Shown here one piece after another: positions 10,262-19,817 of a stretch of DNA of 64,000 nt (the first letter of the stretch is position 1; each line of letters starts with the position of its first letter). The DNA lies in the IMG/VR virus record IMGVR_UViG_3300045049_000270. One strand, given 5' to 3'. This stretch comes from a virus. Its lineage: Duplodnaviria; Heunggongvirae; Uroviricota; Caudoviricetes. Under the pieces are notes generated by a model. The model worked only from the letters and a program-made list of their open reading frames with translations. It was not told the DNA's origin and searched no databases. Made by a program: the position numbers and the translations under genes.

Positions 10262-10761
10262 TGGCTGATGTCACTGATCAAACGGTGACTGCCGGGAGCA
10301 TTGCTCCCGGCATTTATGTCGCTGTAAAATTCAAGAAAGAAACTCTCGATAAAATCGATGAGTATCAACGACGTAATAATATTCCAAACCCCGTTCCGAA
10401 AGAAGATTTACATTCAACGATTGTTTATTCTAGAGCCAATATTGATTGGATTCCGGAAGAACGCATAAACTTAAAGGTAAATACAGACACTTCGGTGCTC
10501 GAAACGTGGGATACTCGAGGTGGTAGTCGTTGTTTAGTGTGGCATTACTATAGTTCTTTCCAACATAAACGCTTTGATGAGGCGATGGCAAAGGGCGCTA
10601 CGTATGACTTCCCAGAATACAAATGCCATATCACATTGAGCTATGATGTTGGTGACTTTAATAGTGACGACTTGCATAAGCCAGACTTTCCTATTTTACT
10701 CGACTACGAAATCGTCGAAGAGTTGGATGACCCGGATGCGGATTCGAGTGGTCCAGCATAA
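10261..10761 (+). CDS. acb1: 2H phosphoesterase, T4 gp57B/Acb1-like (anti-CBASS nuclease family)
   Basis: two HxT motifs in 57B-like context: PVP..DLHSTIVYSR and YKCHITLSY. Confidence 0.8.
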   Translation: MADVTDQTVTAGSIAPGIYVAVKFKKETLDKIDEYQRRNNIPNPVPKEDLHSTIVYSRANIDWIPEERINLKVNTDTSVLETWDTRGGSRCLVWHYYSSFQHKRFDEAMAKGATYDFPEYKCHITLSYDVGDFNSDDLHKPDFPILLDYEIVEELDDPDADSSGPA

Positions 10762-10815
10762 GAATAAATTAGCCCACTAAGTGGGCTTTCATAATTAGAA
10801 ATATTTGAGGTAATA

Positions 10816-11823
10816 ATGCCAATTCTCGATCCGGGGTTCAACCACACCCTGCGTCCAATGCGTTATCCAAGTTTGTACAATCACTTTGTTGATGCACAAA
10901 AGAATAACTGGACAGTACAAGAAATTTCTTTCTCAACTGACAAAGAACATTTGCGCGATAAGCTCACCGTAGCTGAGAAGCAAGTAGTTCAATACATTGT
11001 TGCATTCTTCGCTACTGGCGATAGTATCGTTGGCGAAAATGCAGTATTGAATTTGTATAAGCATGTCAACTCTCCTGAAGCTCGATTGTATTACTCACGT
11101 CAAATCTTCGAAGAAGCATTGCATGTTCAATTCTACTTAACCTTGTTGGATGAATATCTGCCAGATCCTGAAGATCGTGCAAAAGCTTTTGCCGCATTGG
11201 AAGAAATCCCAAGCATCAAACGAAAAGGTGACTTCTGCTTCAAGTATCTCGATCAATCAGCAAAGATTGATCGTTTGGAGACCGAAGATGATCGTCGAAC
11301 ATTCTTGTTGAATTTGATTACCTTCGCCGCAGCTATTGAAGGATTGTTCTTTTTTGGTGCCTTCTCATACGTTTATTATCTGCGTAGCAAGGGTTACCTA
11401 CACGGGCTTGGTAGTGGTACAAATTGGGTATTCCGTGACGAATCAATGCATATGAAGGTCGCATTTGAATTGGTTGATCTCATCCGTTCAGAATATCCAG
11501 AGCTTTGGACTGCTGATTTCGAAACAACAGTTAGCGAAATGATCGATGAAGCAATCGCTTGTGAATATCAATTTGCTGAAGAGGCATTGGCATTGGGTGT
11601 TGCTGGTATGACAAAGGAACAAATGCTTGAATATCTCCAATATATTGGCGATGCTCGTCGCATCCGTTTGGGTATGGCACCAAAATACAATAAGAAGAAT
11701 CCGTTCCCTTTCATGGAACTTCAAGATTTGAGTAGTCACACAAATTTTTTCGAGAGAACCGTTTCCGATTACGCGGTGGGTATCGGTGGCGACGTCACAT
11801 TTGACGATGAACTAGATTTCTAA
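10816..11823 (+). CDS. nrdB: ribonucleotide reductase class Ia beta subunit
   Basis: FFATGD, EEALHVQFY, IEGLFF, RDESMH, NFFE motifs. Confidence 0.96.
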   Translation: MPILDPGFNHTLRPMRYPSLYNHFVDAQKNNWTVQEISFSTDKEHLRDKLTVAEKQVVQYIVAFFATGDSIVGENAVLNLYKHVNSPEARLYYSRQIFEEALHVQFYLTLLDEYLPDPEDRAKAFAALEEIPSIKRKGDFCFKYLDQSAKIDRLETEDDRRTFLLNLITFAAAIEGLFFFGAFSYVYYLRSKGYLHGLGSGTNWVFRDESMHMKVAFELVDLIRSEYPELWTADFETTVSEMIDEAIACEYQFAEEALALGVAGMTKEQMLEYLQYIGDARRIRLGMAPKYNKKNPFPFMELQDLSSHTNFFERTVSDYAVGIGGDVTFDDELDF

Positions 11824-11912
11824 TTTGAAATTTCATCAATAATGGCTAGGTATTTTGTGTACCTAGCCATCTTCTTTTATAATCATATCATAACTATTAA
11901 AGGAAGCAATAA

Positions 11913-12245
11913 ATGCTCGTAAATAATTCACAACCTTTCCAAGCACGCGAAGTGATCGTTTTGAAGTTCATGAACGGCGAAGAGATCCTGGCAACATTCA
12001 AAAGTTTCTCTGATGGGAAATACACTGTGACTAAGCCAGTTATCATGCAATTGGTTCCAGTAGGTAATGGACAAGGTGCTGTGCAGTTTGCTCCATTTAT
12101 GCTTGGGCGTGACGATGATGCTGATTATGTCATTCACGAAAACCGCCTGATGGTTGAGCCGGCAGAAGCTCGATCTGATGCTGCTTCTCAATATCGTAAG
12201 GCAACTTCAAGCATTGAACTTGTTGATTCAAATATCAAGCTGTAA
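11913..12245 (+). CDS. hypothetical protein (possible Sm-like fold)
   Basis: LKFMNGEEILA motif. Confidence 0.6.
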   Translation: MLVNNSQPFQAREVIVLKFMNGEEILATFKSFSDGKYTVTKPVIMQLVPVGNGQGAVQFAPFMLGRDDDADYVIHENRLMVEPAEARSDAASQYRKATSSIELVDSNIKL

Positions 12246-12502
12246 TGGGCGGCGTAGCTAGATTGGGAGATCAGATATCCCACGGTGGTAACATTACCTC
12301 CGCTAGTTCTGATGTAACAATTGATGGTATTGGTGTGGCTAGGATTGGTGATTCGGCTACATGTAATATTCATGGAAATGTCACGATTACAGGGGGTTCA
12401 TCCACTGTCGAAACGGATGGTATGGGAACTGCTAGAATAGGTGACCAATTAAGCTGCGGTGCCATAATTACTGGCGGCTCTCCAGATGTTGATTGCGGTT
12501 AG
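12245..12502 (+). CDS. PAAR-repeat protein (baseplate spike tip)
   Basis: three (V/T)AR(L/I)GD repeats with Cys/His ligands. Confidence 0.9.
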   Translation: MGGVARLGDQISHGGNITSASSDVTIDGIGVARIGDSATCNIHGNVTITGGSSTVETDGMGTARIGDQLSCGAIITGGSPDVDCG

Positions 12503-12510
12503 GAAATAAT

Positions 12511-13902
12511 ATGATTGATAGTAGTTTATTGGGCAATGTTCTTCAGATTCCAACAAATGGATTAATTAGCAATCCATTTAGTGGAAGTGCATTTGGAAGC
12601 ATCAATAGTGCAATTGGTGGTCTGCCATCTATGGCAGATTTTACCACTGCGATGCAAACATCAGCCTCATCAATTGGTACAACTGTAACTCAAACTGATA
12701 TAGATAATCTGAGTGCCAGCCTTTCTAGTTTGAATGGCTTGGCTTCTTCTGGTAATTTGTCATCTATGGATCAAATCACAGCTCAGATGACTAGTCATAT
12801 CATTCCTGGTGCTGGTGGATTATCATCAATTCCTAATTCTTTGTTCAGCTATGGTACAGTGACCTCGTCATTGACAACACAAATGGGCGTTCCTAATGCA
12901 TTATCTATGCTGTCATCAGCGCAGAATGCCACTAAGGTTGCTAACCAATTGCAAGGTGGAGTTCAAGGTACCAATCACTGGACTTGTAATATCGCTGCTG
13001 ATATCACTGGGGCGGTACATCAAGTACAATCTGGTATCTCTAGTTTGTATAATGAAGTCAGCTCTGGCATTAATTCACTAGAATCTTCTATTAATGCTTC
13101 AGTAACCAAGTTTGCAAATGCTGTAAAAGCAGCATTACCATCTGTTGGGCCCATCGATCCAATTACTGGTTTACCATCATCAATACCAGGTGTACCGATT
13201 GCGTCGAGTTTATTGAAAGAGATTCATGATGAGATTACATCAGCTGAATCATCAGTTACAAGTGCAATTAAATCAGTAGTCAATACGATTGATGCGGCCG
13301 CCGTATCGATTGAAAATCAAATGAAAGTTGGTATTGCGAATGCATTACATGGTTTGAAGAGTGATCCTTGTTTTGGTAACATTGCTACAACGATGATGAG
13401 TCCGGCATTGACTGCGGTTGCAACCGCAAATACCAGTATGTCAAATGCCAGTGCTAATGTTGCACTGTTGTCAAACGACGTACCGCCAGCAACAACTTCG
13501 CAACTTGCTGAAATTGCAAAAGAATATGGTGATGTATCTTTCGATACTGTTGCTATTACGAACGCGCAGCAACCATATATTGCAAGCCTTTCTGCTTGGC
13601 AAGATTCAGTTAATTATCAGCAAGTAAAACAAGCACAAACACAAAGCCCAGAAGCATTGACCGCATATCAAGCGCTTAGGGCGCAAGCGAACGCACGTTC
13701 AGATACACAAAACCTACAAGCATTAAAAGCACTATCAGATTCAAATCATGCTGCAAAAAACCAATTAAAAGCCCTTTGGGATTACATGAAGAATACTGGT
13801 GTTATTGCGTCAAACCCAAATGGTCCTTGGTCATCCGTGGAGCAAGTAACAATTGATGGTAAATTGTACAACAAATATTCAGTCAATACGAAGCTTCCCT
13901 GA
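12511..13902 (+). CDS. putative virion/baseplate-associated protein
   Basis: 463 aa Ser/Ala-rich ORF directly after PAAR. Confidence 0.6.
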   Translation: MIDSSLLGNVLQIPTNGLISNPFSGSAFGSINSAIGGLPSMADFTTAMQTSASSIGTTVTQTDIDNLSASLSSLNGLASSGNLSSMDQITAQMTSHIIPGAGGLSSIPNSLFSYGTVTSSLTTQMGVPNALSMLSSAQNATKVANQLQGGVQGTNHWTCNIAADITGAVHQVQSGISSLYNEVSSGINSLESSINASVTKFANAVKAALPSVGPIDPITGLPSSIPGVPIASSLLKEIHDEITSAESSVTSAIKSVVNTIDAAAVSIENQMKVGIANALHGLKSDPCFGNIATTMMSPALTAVATANTSMSNASANVALLSNDVPPATTSQLAEIAKEYGDVSFDTVAITNAQQPYIASLSAWQDSVNYQQVKQAQTQSPEALTAYQALRAQANARSDTQNLQALKALSDSNHAAKNQLKALWDYMKNTGVIASNPNGPWSSVEQVTIDGKLYNKYSVNTKLP

Positions 13903-13911
13903 TTGATTCGG

Positions 13912-13948
13912 TTGACGAGTTGCCAATTGTCTAGTACAATTGGCAACT
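13912..13948 (+). promoter_or_regulatory. sigma70-like early promoter overlapped by a 13-bp palindrome
   Basis: TTGACG-N17-TACAAT; AGTTGCCAATTGT...ACAATTGGCAACT. Confidence 0.75.
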
Positions 13949-13967
13949 ATTCATTTAGGAGCAATAC

Positions 13968-14225
13968 ATGACGGACATCGCAGATCTTCGACGAGTAGTT
14001 GATAGTATCAATTCAGTTGTTCAAAAGTATGAAGCTAGCCAGATGACCAGAGAGGAAGCAGCCAAATGGCTTACGGCTTTTGAAAAAGAATTCAAAGCCC
14101 TACCAGGTAACACAATTCCTCTGCAGAACATTGAACAAATGCTTGATATGGCCGATCGCCGTCGCAAGCATAATAGTCAAGCATCTTATGATACGGAATC
14201 AGACGATTCGTCATCTGAATGGTGA
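13968..14225 (+). CDS. hypothetical protein
   Basis: AGGAG RBS, 85 aa. Confidence 0.75.
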   Translation: MTDIADLRRVVDSINSVVQKYEASQMTREEAAKWLTAFEKEFKALPGNTIPLQNIEQMLDMADRRRKHNSQASYDTESDDSSSEW

Positions 14226-14228
14226 TAT

Positions 14229-15149
14229 ATGATTGTTATTGGTTCGCAAGCAATGATGTATTGGGACATACGCGCTGGTCGCGGAATAGCACGCCAACCC
14301 AAAGATCTAGACCTCATTGGCCCATTGATTGCGATTCATCAATGGGCCACAGCTAATAGCGAGCATATCGATTTCATGATTCCGACTTCACCTTGGAAAT
14401 TCAAGTGTAAATTGAAGTCTGGTTTTCAAATTGAATTTGAAGTTTCTGATGTGAATGCAAGTTCAAAGATGCTTTGTGCTAATGAGAAATCTTTTGACGT
14501 CATGATGACGAAGGTACCAATCAAAGGTGGTAGTTTAAGAATTGCTGCTCATGTACCAAGCATTGAATATTTGTATCTGATTAAGCGTAGTCATATCTAC
14601 TGGCCTGTGCATTGGTTGAAGACGATGACTGATATGTCTCGAATGAAGAAATACGTTCGAACCATAACTGATGATCATAAACGTTTCTACGAGGCAAGGT
14701 TAACTGAAAACGAAGCTAAATTTGGGAAACGATTTCAAGCGAATCTCAATCAAGAAAACGAAAAGTTCTTCGCCAAATCGGAACGATCATTGAATCGTAT
14801 TTACGAACACGATGATTTACATGAACTTGTAAAGTATTACGAACGACCCATCTATGCAATGCTAAAGGAAGATCAATCTAAAGCATTGATGAGCAAAAAA
14901 TTGTTTGATGCGGCTACTTTAGAAATGAAGCTGAACGCAATTCGTGAAGAAGCGATGGTAATTGCGCTCGAACGGCTAATTATACCAGGCAAAGAAACAG
15001 ATGGTGTGAAAGCATACCAGTATGGTTTGCAACGTATCTGTACAAATCTAACATCTGGTTGGTTTCGAGAATTCGCCATTGACAATTGGGATAGAGTAGC
15101 CACGCCAGATGTAGATTATGTGAAGAAATTCAATGATGGAATCAATTAA
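14229..15149 (+). CDS. putative nucleotidyltransferase-fold phage protein
   Basis: N-terminal IGS...DLD signature; Y.HDDLHE motif. Confidence 0.6.
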   Translation: MIVIGSQAMMYWDIRAGRGIARQPKDLDLIGPLIAIHQWATANSEHIDFMIPTSPWKFKCKLKSGFQIEFEVSDVNASSKMLCANEKSFDVMMTKVPIKGGSLRIAAHVPSIEYLYLIKRSHIYWPVHWLKTMTDMSRMKKYVRTITDDHKRFYEARLTENEAKFGKRFQANLNQENEKFFAKSERSLNRIYEHDDLHELVKYYERPIYAMLKEDQSKALMSKKLFDAATLEMKLNAIREEAMVIALERLIIPGKETDGVKAYQYGLQRICTNLTSGWFREFAIDNWDRVATPDVDYVKKFNDGIN

Positions 15150-15414
15150 GGTTTATCACTGGCAATTCCACGATGGTTACCATACCATGTATGGTAGAGA
15201 TGGTGAAAAAAAGACATATGATGCGGATATGGTTGGATGGCACTGCTGGGTATATGGTAATATCGAAGATCGTTGTGATTTCATCGAATGGATGAATGAA
15301 ACAATGAATGGTGATTTTAGAGCGTCACACAAATTCAACGGTGGTAATCCTATTGTACTAGTTCACATTAAGGATGAATCTGATGCCGCCGTGTTTAAAT
15401 TAAGATGGTTATAA
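15133..15414 (+). CDS. FKL.W-family small protein
   Basis: EWMNE...DAAVFKLRWL. Confidence 0.75.
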   Translation: MMESIKVYHWQFHDGYHTMYGRDGEKKTYDADMVGWHCWVYGNIEDRCDFIEWMNETMNGDFRASHKFNGGNPIVLVHIKDESDAAVFKLRWL

Positions 15415-15423
15415 GGAGAAAAT

Positions 15424-15786
15424 ATGTGGGAAGGTTTTGAAAAGCAACATTTCGATTGCGATTGTGGTAGCGACGAGCATACCTTCAATTTTGTATTCGA
15501 CAAAGAAGAAGGCGAATTGTATCTTAATGTCTACTTGAATCAGTATCACAATGTATTCAAACGCATCTGGGTGGCAATCAAGTATGTGTTTGGTTATACA
15601 TCGAAGTGGGGTCACTGGGATACAACGATTCTCGATCGTGCTTCTACTGAACGGCTTCGTGATCTTTGCCAGAACTCACTTGCTGTTCGTGCTGCATATG
15701 TTGCAAAAGGTGGTTTGACAGATGAACAAGAACGTGATATTGCTAAGGAACTTGATTTTCCTCAGAACGGTTCAGATTTCGTTTAA
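15424..15786 (+). CDS. hypothetical protein
   Basis: AAGGAG RBS; CDC..EH motif. Confidence 0.75.
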   Translation: MWEGFEKQHFDCDCGSDEHTFNFVFDKEEGELYLNVYLNQYHNVFKRIWVAIKYVFGYTSKWGHWDTTILDRASTERLRDLCQNSLAVRAAYVAKGGLTDEQERDIAKELDFPQNGSDFV

Positions 15787-15851
15787 TTCCTTTGCCGTCT
15801 TGCTAGTTGCCAATTCTATGCTATAATGTGGTATGGCAACTAGGAGATATC

Positions 15852-16091
15852 ATGCACGATGAGAAAGATTTCCTTGCAGCTCATGGCTGCAAAACCACCG
15901 AAGAATACGATCGCAAGCAATTCTTCGAATGGGTCGACGCTATGGAAGACCATTATGCACGCACCGACTCCTTGGTTATCCCAAAAGTCTCTGAAGGGGT
16001 GGTGTTCAAATCAGAGACACCTCTCAAGCCTCTTTCGAAACAATCCCTAATCAAATACAAGCAACCGACAGATGGCAACCAAGCACTTTAA
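15852..16091 (+). CDS. hypothetical protein
   Basis: AGGAG RBS before ATG 15852. Confidence 0.65.
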   Translation: MHDEKDFLAAHGCKTTEEYDRKQFFEWVDAMEDHYARTDSLVIPKVSEGVVFKSETPLKPLSKQSLIKYKQPTDGNQAL

Positions 16092-16284
16092 AACTGTCGG
16101 TGGAGCAGTTCACGCTTTCATTCTTATTATGTTTATGGCACTTTGCATGGCTTGCGTCAGTTATGCTGTTATGTTCATGGTCAAGAAGAGTGTACTGTTG
16201 GCAATTGTTCCGTTCGTTCTGGATTTGTGGATGATTACTCGTCTACCGTACTTGAACAAAACACTTGACAGGTATTGTCATTAG
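16072..16284 (+). CDS. small membrane protein
   Basis: two hydrophobic segments. Confidence 0.55.
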   Translation: MATKHFKTVGGAVHAFILIMFMALCMACVSYAVMFMVKKSVLLAIVPFVLDLWMITRLPYLNKTLDRYCH

Positions 16285-16309
16285 TCGTATCATATGTTTT
16301 GATGCTGAT

Positions 16310-16745
16310 GACATCTAACAGAATAGACTGACTGGACGGGAGTTCGATTCTCCCCCGGTCCACCAAAACAGTCTTTGAAGTTTGAAGGTGACCTGATTCG
16401 CGGTAGGATCACTTGATGACAGGGATTTAGTAGAGCGCCTGCTATCTAAGCAGGCGGTAGCTCTCACAAGTGTCGTGCCCTTGTAAAAGGCCGCGAGTAA
16501 TTGGATTATGCGACGCACTGATAAGGCGTAAGGCGCTGATCCCGTTGGTTTCCTAAAGGACTGTTTTGATGGGCCGGACCTGGTTTCGACATTCGGTAAT
16601 AAAAGTTAGACGAGGCTCCGTTGAGGTGACGCTCGTAAAGCGCACATAAGAAGTAACTGCAAACGACAACGTTTACAGCATGGCAGCCTAATCCTTCGGG
16701 ATTAGGTAATGTCGGGGCAGGAAATGCCTAGCAACAGAAACCACC
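16310..16745 (+). ncRNA. ssrA: circularly permuted (two-piece) tmRNA; tag ANDNVYSMAA
   Basis: T-arm GGGAG-TTCGATT-CTCCC and CCGGTCC-A-CCA (ends 16365) precede the 5' strand GGGCCGG (16571), giving a G3.U pair; tag ORF 16659-16691; TTGACA/TATCAT promoter upstream; 5' boundary approximate. Confidence 0.92.
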
Positions 16746-16777
16746 TAAAAGGGCCACATATGTGGCCCTTTTGTTTT
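16746..16777 (+). terminator. intrinsic terminator after tmRNA
   Basis: AAAAGGGCCAC-atat-GTGGCCCTTTT. Confidence 0.85.
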
Positions 16778-16868
16778 AAGAACGTAAAGTATGTAACCAA
16801 GAGTTGCAGCTTCGCTCAAGCTAAGTACAATAAAAGTTCCCGATAAGGGAATTACTTGGAGAACGTTC

Positions 16869-17003
16869 ATGGCTATGCAAACACAGCAATCAGAACAATC
16901 CCATAACGAAGATAAAAATCAGCAAAAACAAAAACCTGGTCGAAGCGAACCAAGACGTGATCAAGGCCAACAAAGGCATCCTACCCAGCAACCACCAGAA
17001 TGA
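16869..17003 (+). CDS. 44-aa Gln-rich small protein
   Basis: GGAG RBS; MAMQTQQSEQ...QQPPE. Confidence 0.5.
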   Translation: MAMQTQQSEQSHNEDKNQQKQKPGRSEPRRDQGQQRHPTQQPPE

Positions 17004-17043
17004 AAGAATATGAGTTAAATGTCAAACTTCTCAAGGAGATGCT

Positions 17044-17502
17044 ATGTTGGCAGAACTTTTTTCGAAGTTCAATGGGTTGTACATGACTTTTGTAGAGGCC
17101 CAAGTTTCAACGGTTAAAACCGTATTCAATTCTTTCAATTTGTTCACATTGGGTGGTCTTTCACCATATAGCGAAACATTTGAACAATGTTGTAACATTT
17201 ACATGGACAATTGTAAGATGGTGGACAAGAGCTTGATGCATTTTTGGCCATCATTCAAACTAGTTGATACGACTGCTATCATGAAACAGGCCACAGAAAA
17301 TGCTGATCATGTCACAACGAAGGATGGCGGTCCTACTAGAAGTGGGTATGAAAACTTGCGTGATGTGGCAACGAATCAATCAAGGCATAGTATTCTAGAT
17401 GATGACCGACTATGGGAACCAAGTCAAGGTACGAATGCAAAGTCTGCGCATCGCTATGATGCGCAGCAACGTGAACGCATAAGACATCACGAAGTTCACT
17501 AA
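17044..17502 (+). CDS. hypothetical protein
   Basis: AAGGAG RBS, 152 aa. Confidence 0.7.
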   Translation: MLAELFSKFNGLYMTFVEAQVSTVKTVFNSFNLFTLGGLSPYSETFEQCCNIYMDNCKMVDKSLMHFWPSFKLVDTTAIMKQATENADHVTTKDGGPTRSGYENLRDVATNQSRHSILDDDRLWEPSQGTNAKSAHRYDAQQRERIRHHEVH

Positions 17503-17565
17503 TCACTTCATTTGTTGAAGAACTAATGAGCTGCTATAATGGCAGCTCATTCTTTTATTTTTATT

Positions 17566-17919
17566 ATGAGCAAAATCAAAGAACGCCTTTACAATCAAGT
17601 GTATGACGAGTTTGAACTGCAAGCCTTGAGAATTCTGATGACCATCAGAGACAGTGGTGTTGCGAATTTTGACATTGTGGACTCTGACTACTGGTTCAGA
17701 GAAGCGCATTATGCAGGACTACAAGCATCGATGATGCACCAAGTATCGCACTTGACCGGATTAGAGCCAACTTCGTTCACATTCGCAACAAGTGCTCAAG
17801 ACACTGCTGATGTTCTAGCGTATGAATATGTATGGATCCCTAAACGCCTACGTGATTGCACTGATGACTATATGCATGTGATCATGTGTCCAAACAATGT
17901 TATGATCTCCGTAGTGTGA
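17566..17919 (+). CDS. hypothetical protein
   Basis: ORF after TATAAT. Confidence 0.65.
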   Translation: MSKIKERLYNQVYDEFELQALRILMTIRDSGVANFDIVDSDYWFREAHYAGLQASMMHQVSHLTGLEPTSFTFATSAQDTADVLAYEYVWIPKRLRDCTDDYMHVIMCPNNVMISVV

Positions 17920-17982
17920 GTGTTGACTGCTGAATCAAGTGAATGTATCATTTGATTTACGGTAAACAACACAGGAGAGTAA

Positions 17983-18393
17983 ATGATGGACAAGATCATC
18001 TCTTTCGACAAACCGACTGTTCGTCAACTGCGCGACGCTATGAATGAAGAGCTGCAAACTCTCGGCAAGAAATACGGCGTGACGTTCCGTCTCGGCAGCG
18101 CGACATTCTACGAGAAGTCAGTCAACTTCAAGCTGGAGGCGGTTGTCGAAGGTGAAGATAATACGCGCGTTACAAAGGCCAAGAATGCACTCGAAATCTA
18201 CGCGAAAGCATACTTGCCAGGCGTTGATCTCGAGAAGACCTACAATCACCCGAACCCGGAGATCAAAACGTTCACGATTGTTGGTTGGAACACCAAGGCT
18301 CGCGAATATCCGGTGATAATCCAAGCCGCAGATGGCAAGCGTTACAAGAACTCGATCGAAGCAATTCAGCGTTTGATTCGCAAAAGCGCGTAA
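17983..18393 (+). CDS. hypothetical early protein
   Basis: TTGACT-N17-TATCAT promoter, AGGAG RBS. Confidence 0.8.
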   Translation: MMDKIISFDKPTVRQLRDAMNEELQTLGKKYGVTFRLGSATFYEKSVNFKLEAVVEGEDNTRVTKAKNALEIYAKAYLPGVDLEKTYNHPNPEIKTFTIVGWNTKAREYPVIIQAADGKRYKNSIEAIQRLIRKSA

Positions 18394-18515
18394 TTCGACA
18401 GTATGTAGCCATGTTGTTTGAATAAATATTTGCATAGTGAAAGTGTTGATGCTAAAGTGTGATCTCTAGTGAAACACTTTCACTTGTTACTTAAACTTCT
18501 CATAGGAGAAAACAA

Positions 18516-18956
18516 ATGAAACATCTCGATCATAGGTGAGTGCAAGAGTTCCTTCAGAATTCCGCAACGGAAGCTGAAGAGGACCCATACCGTCTGTACG
18601 CCATTACGCGTGGCGATCTCGAAATGTCCACTGGCAAGCTCGCAGCACAGGCTGGACACGCGTATCTCAATGCTTATCTTAAAGCTCTTAACGAGCGTCC
18701 TGAAATCGCTGAATTTTACCAGCGAGATGGCATCGGCACGAAGATCTGCCTAAAGGCCAAGAATCAAGATGCACTGCTCAAAGCTTACGAAGCTGCTAAA
18801 GAAGCTGGTCTTCCGTGTGAATTGATCATCGATCAACATCACATCATTCCCGGCACTGATTTCACTGGTGAACCCATCATTACAGCGTTGGGTATTGGTC
18901 CTGCTCGAAAGCATGAAATTCACCATATCACGAAGAGATTCTCGCTATGTCAATAA
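18516..18956 (+). CDS. pth2: peptidyl-tRNA hydrolase, Pth2 family, with in-frame TGA at codon 8
   Basis: R.DL.MS.GKLAAQAGHA, KICLK, T.LGIGP motifs; AGGAG-ATG at 18516 is in frame across TGA 18537-18539. Confidence 0.85.
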
Positions 18957-19243
18957 AACAATATCCCTATTGGCTGATAGCGGCGGACTACAGCGATAAC
19001 GAGGATTTCTTCCGCGCCAGAGACCGCCAACAAGCTCGTGCGATCTATCTTGGTGTTTATGACATGGAATGGAATCATGGTCAAACCAAACCAGCCGATT
19101 GGAATGGCTATAATTCGGAAAATCCAAGCCCAGGTCATGGTATCAATCAACATTTTTGGCGATTGTACGATGAAAACGATGCAATGACATTTTATCTGGC
19201 TTGCGGTAGCTCAATCAGAAAAATTGAAGGACCTAAAACATGA
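18947..19243 (+). CDS. small protein, FKL.W-family-like
   Basis: DAMTFYLA C-terminal motif. Confidence 0.65.
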   Translation: MSIKQYPYWLIAADYSDNEDFFRARDRQQARAIYLGVYDMEWNHGQTKPADWNGYNSENPSPGHGINQHFWRLYDENDAMTFYLACGSSIRKIEGPKT

Positions 19244-19512
19244 ACATTTATGAAATTAGGACTCCTTTTGGTGCTGATGGCGAAAGCTTCCACAAAGCAA
19301 TGTCTCGTATCAAACGTGAATCGATAATGCAATTATTGATTCGGCCGAAATGGTTAAGAGGACGCGACAAGAAGTCAGGTCGATTCCACTACTGGGAAGT
19401 AGAGGATAGAAATGAAGCTATGGCATTCTTGTTTGCATTTGGTGATCAAATTACAGAAAAAGAAAGAGAAAATCATGTTGAAAGCATTGAAAAAGTTGTT
19501 CGAGAAGAATGA
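19240..19512 (+). CDS. small protein, FKL.W-family-like
   Basis: EAMAFLFAFG motif; ATGA overlap. Confidence 0.65.
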   Translation: MNIYEIRTPFGADGESFHKAMSRIKRESIMQLLIRPKWLRGRDKKSGRFHYWEVEDRNEAMAFLFAFGDQITEKERENHVESIEKVVREE

Positions 19513-19816
19513 GGAAGTAGAAGTGAAAACCGAGAACGACGAATTGGACTTTGATGATTTTGTCGGTGAAGACGAATGGGAAGACTATGTCGCACTCAAT
19601 GACATATTGAAGAAGTATCCGCCAGATTGGTATTTGGTGAAATGTTATGATTTCACATATGGTACAATGGCTGATATGAAACAATGGTGTATTGATAACT
19701 GTAATGGAAAATACGATCACGTGGGTTGGGATAGTGGTTGTTCTTATACAGTTGGTGTGATATTCGAATCACACATCGACGCAGTTCTCTTTAAACTTAC
19801 TTGGAGCGGGGTATAA
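19475..19816 (+). CDS. FKL.W-family small protein
   Basis: WCIDNC...DAVLFKLTWS. Confidence 0.75.
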   Translation: MLKALKKLFEKNEEVEVKTENDELDFDDFVGEDEWEDYVALNDILKKYPPDWYLVKCYDFTYGTMADMKQWCIDNCNGKYDHVGWDSGCSYTVGVIFESHIDAVLFKLTWSGV

Positions 19817-19817
19817 C

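Noticed and set aside
16315-16518. 67-aa minus-strand ORF
   Set aside because: Antisense shadow of the tmRNA gene.
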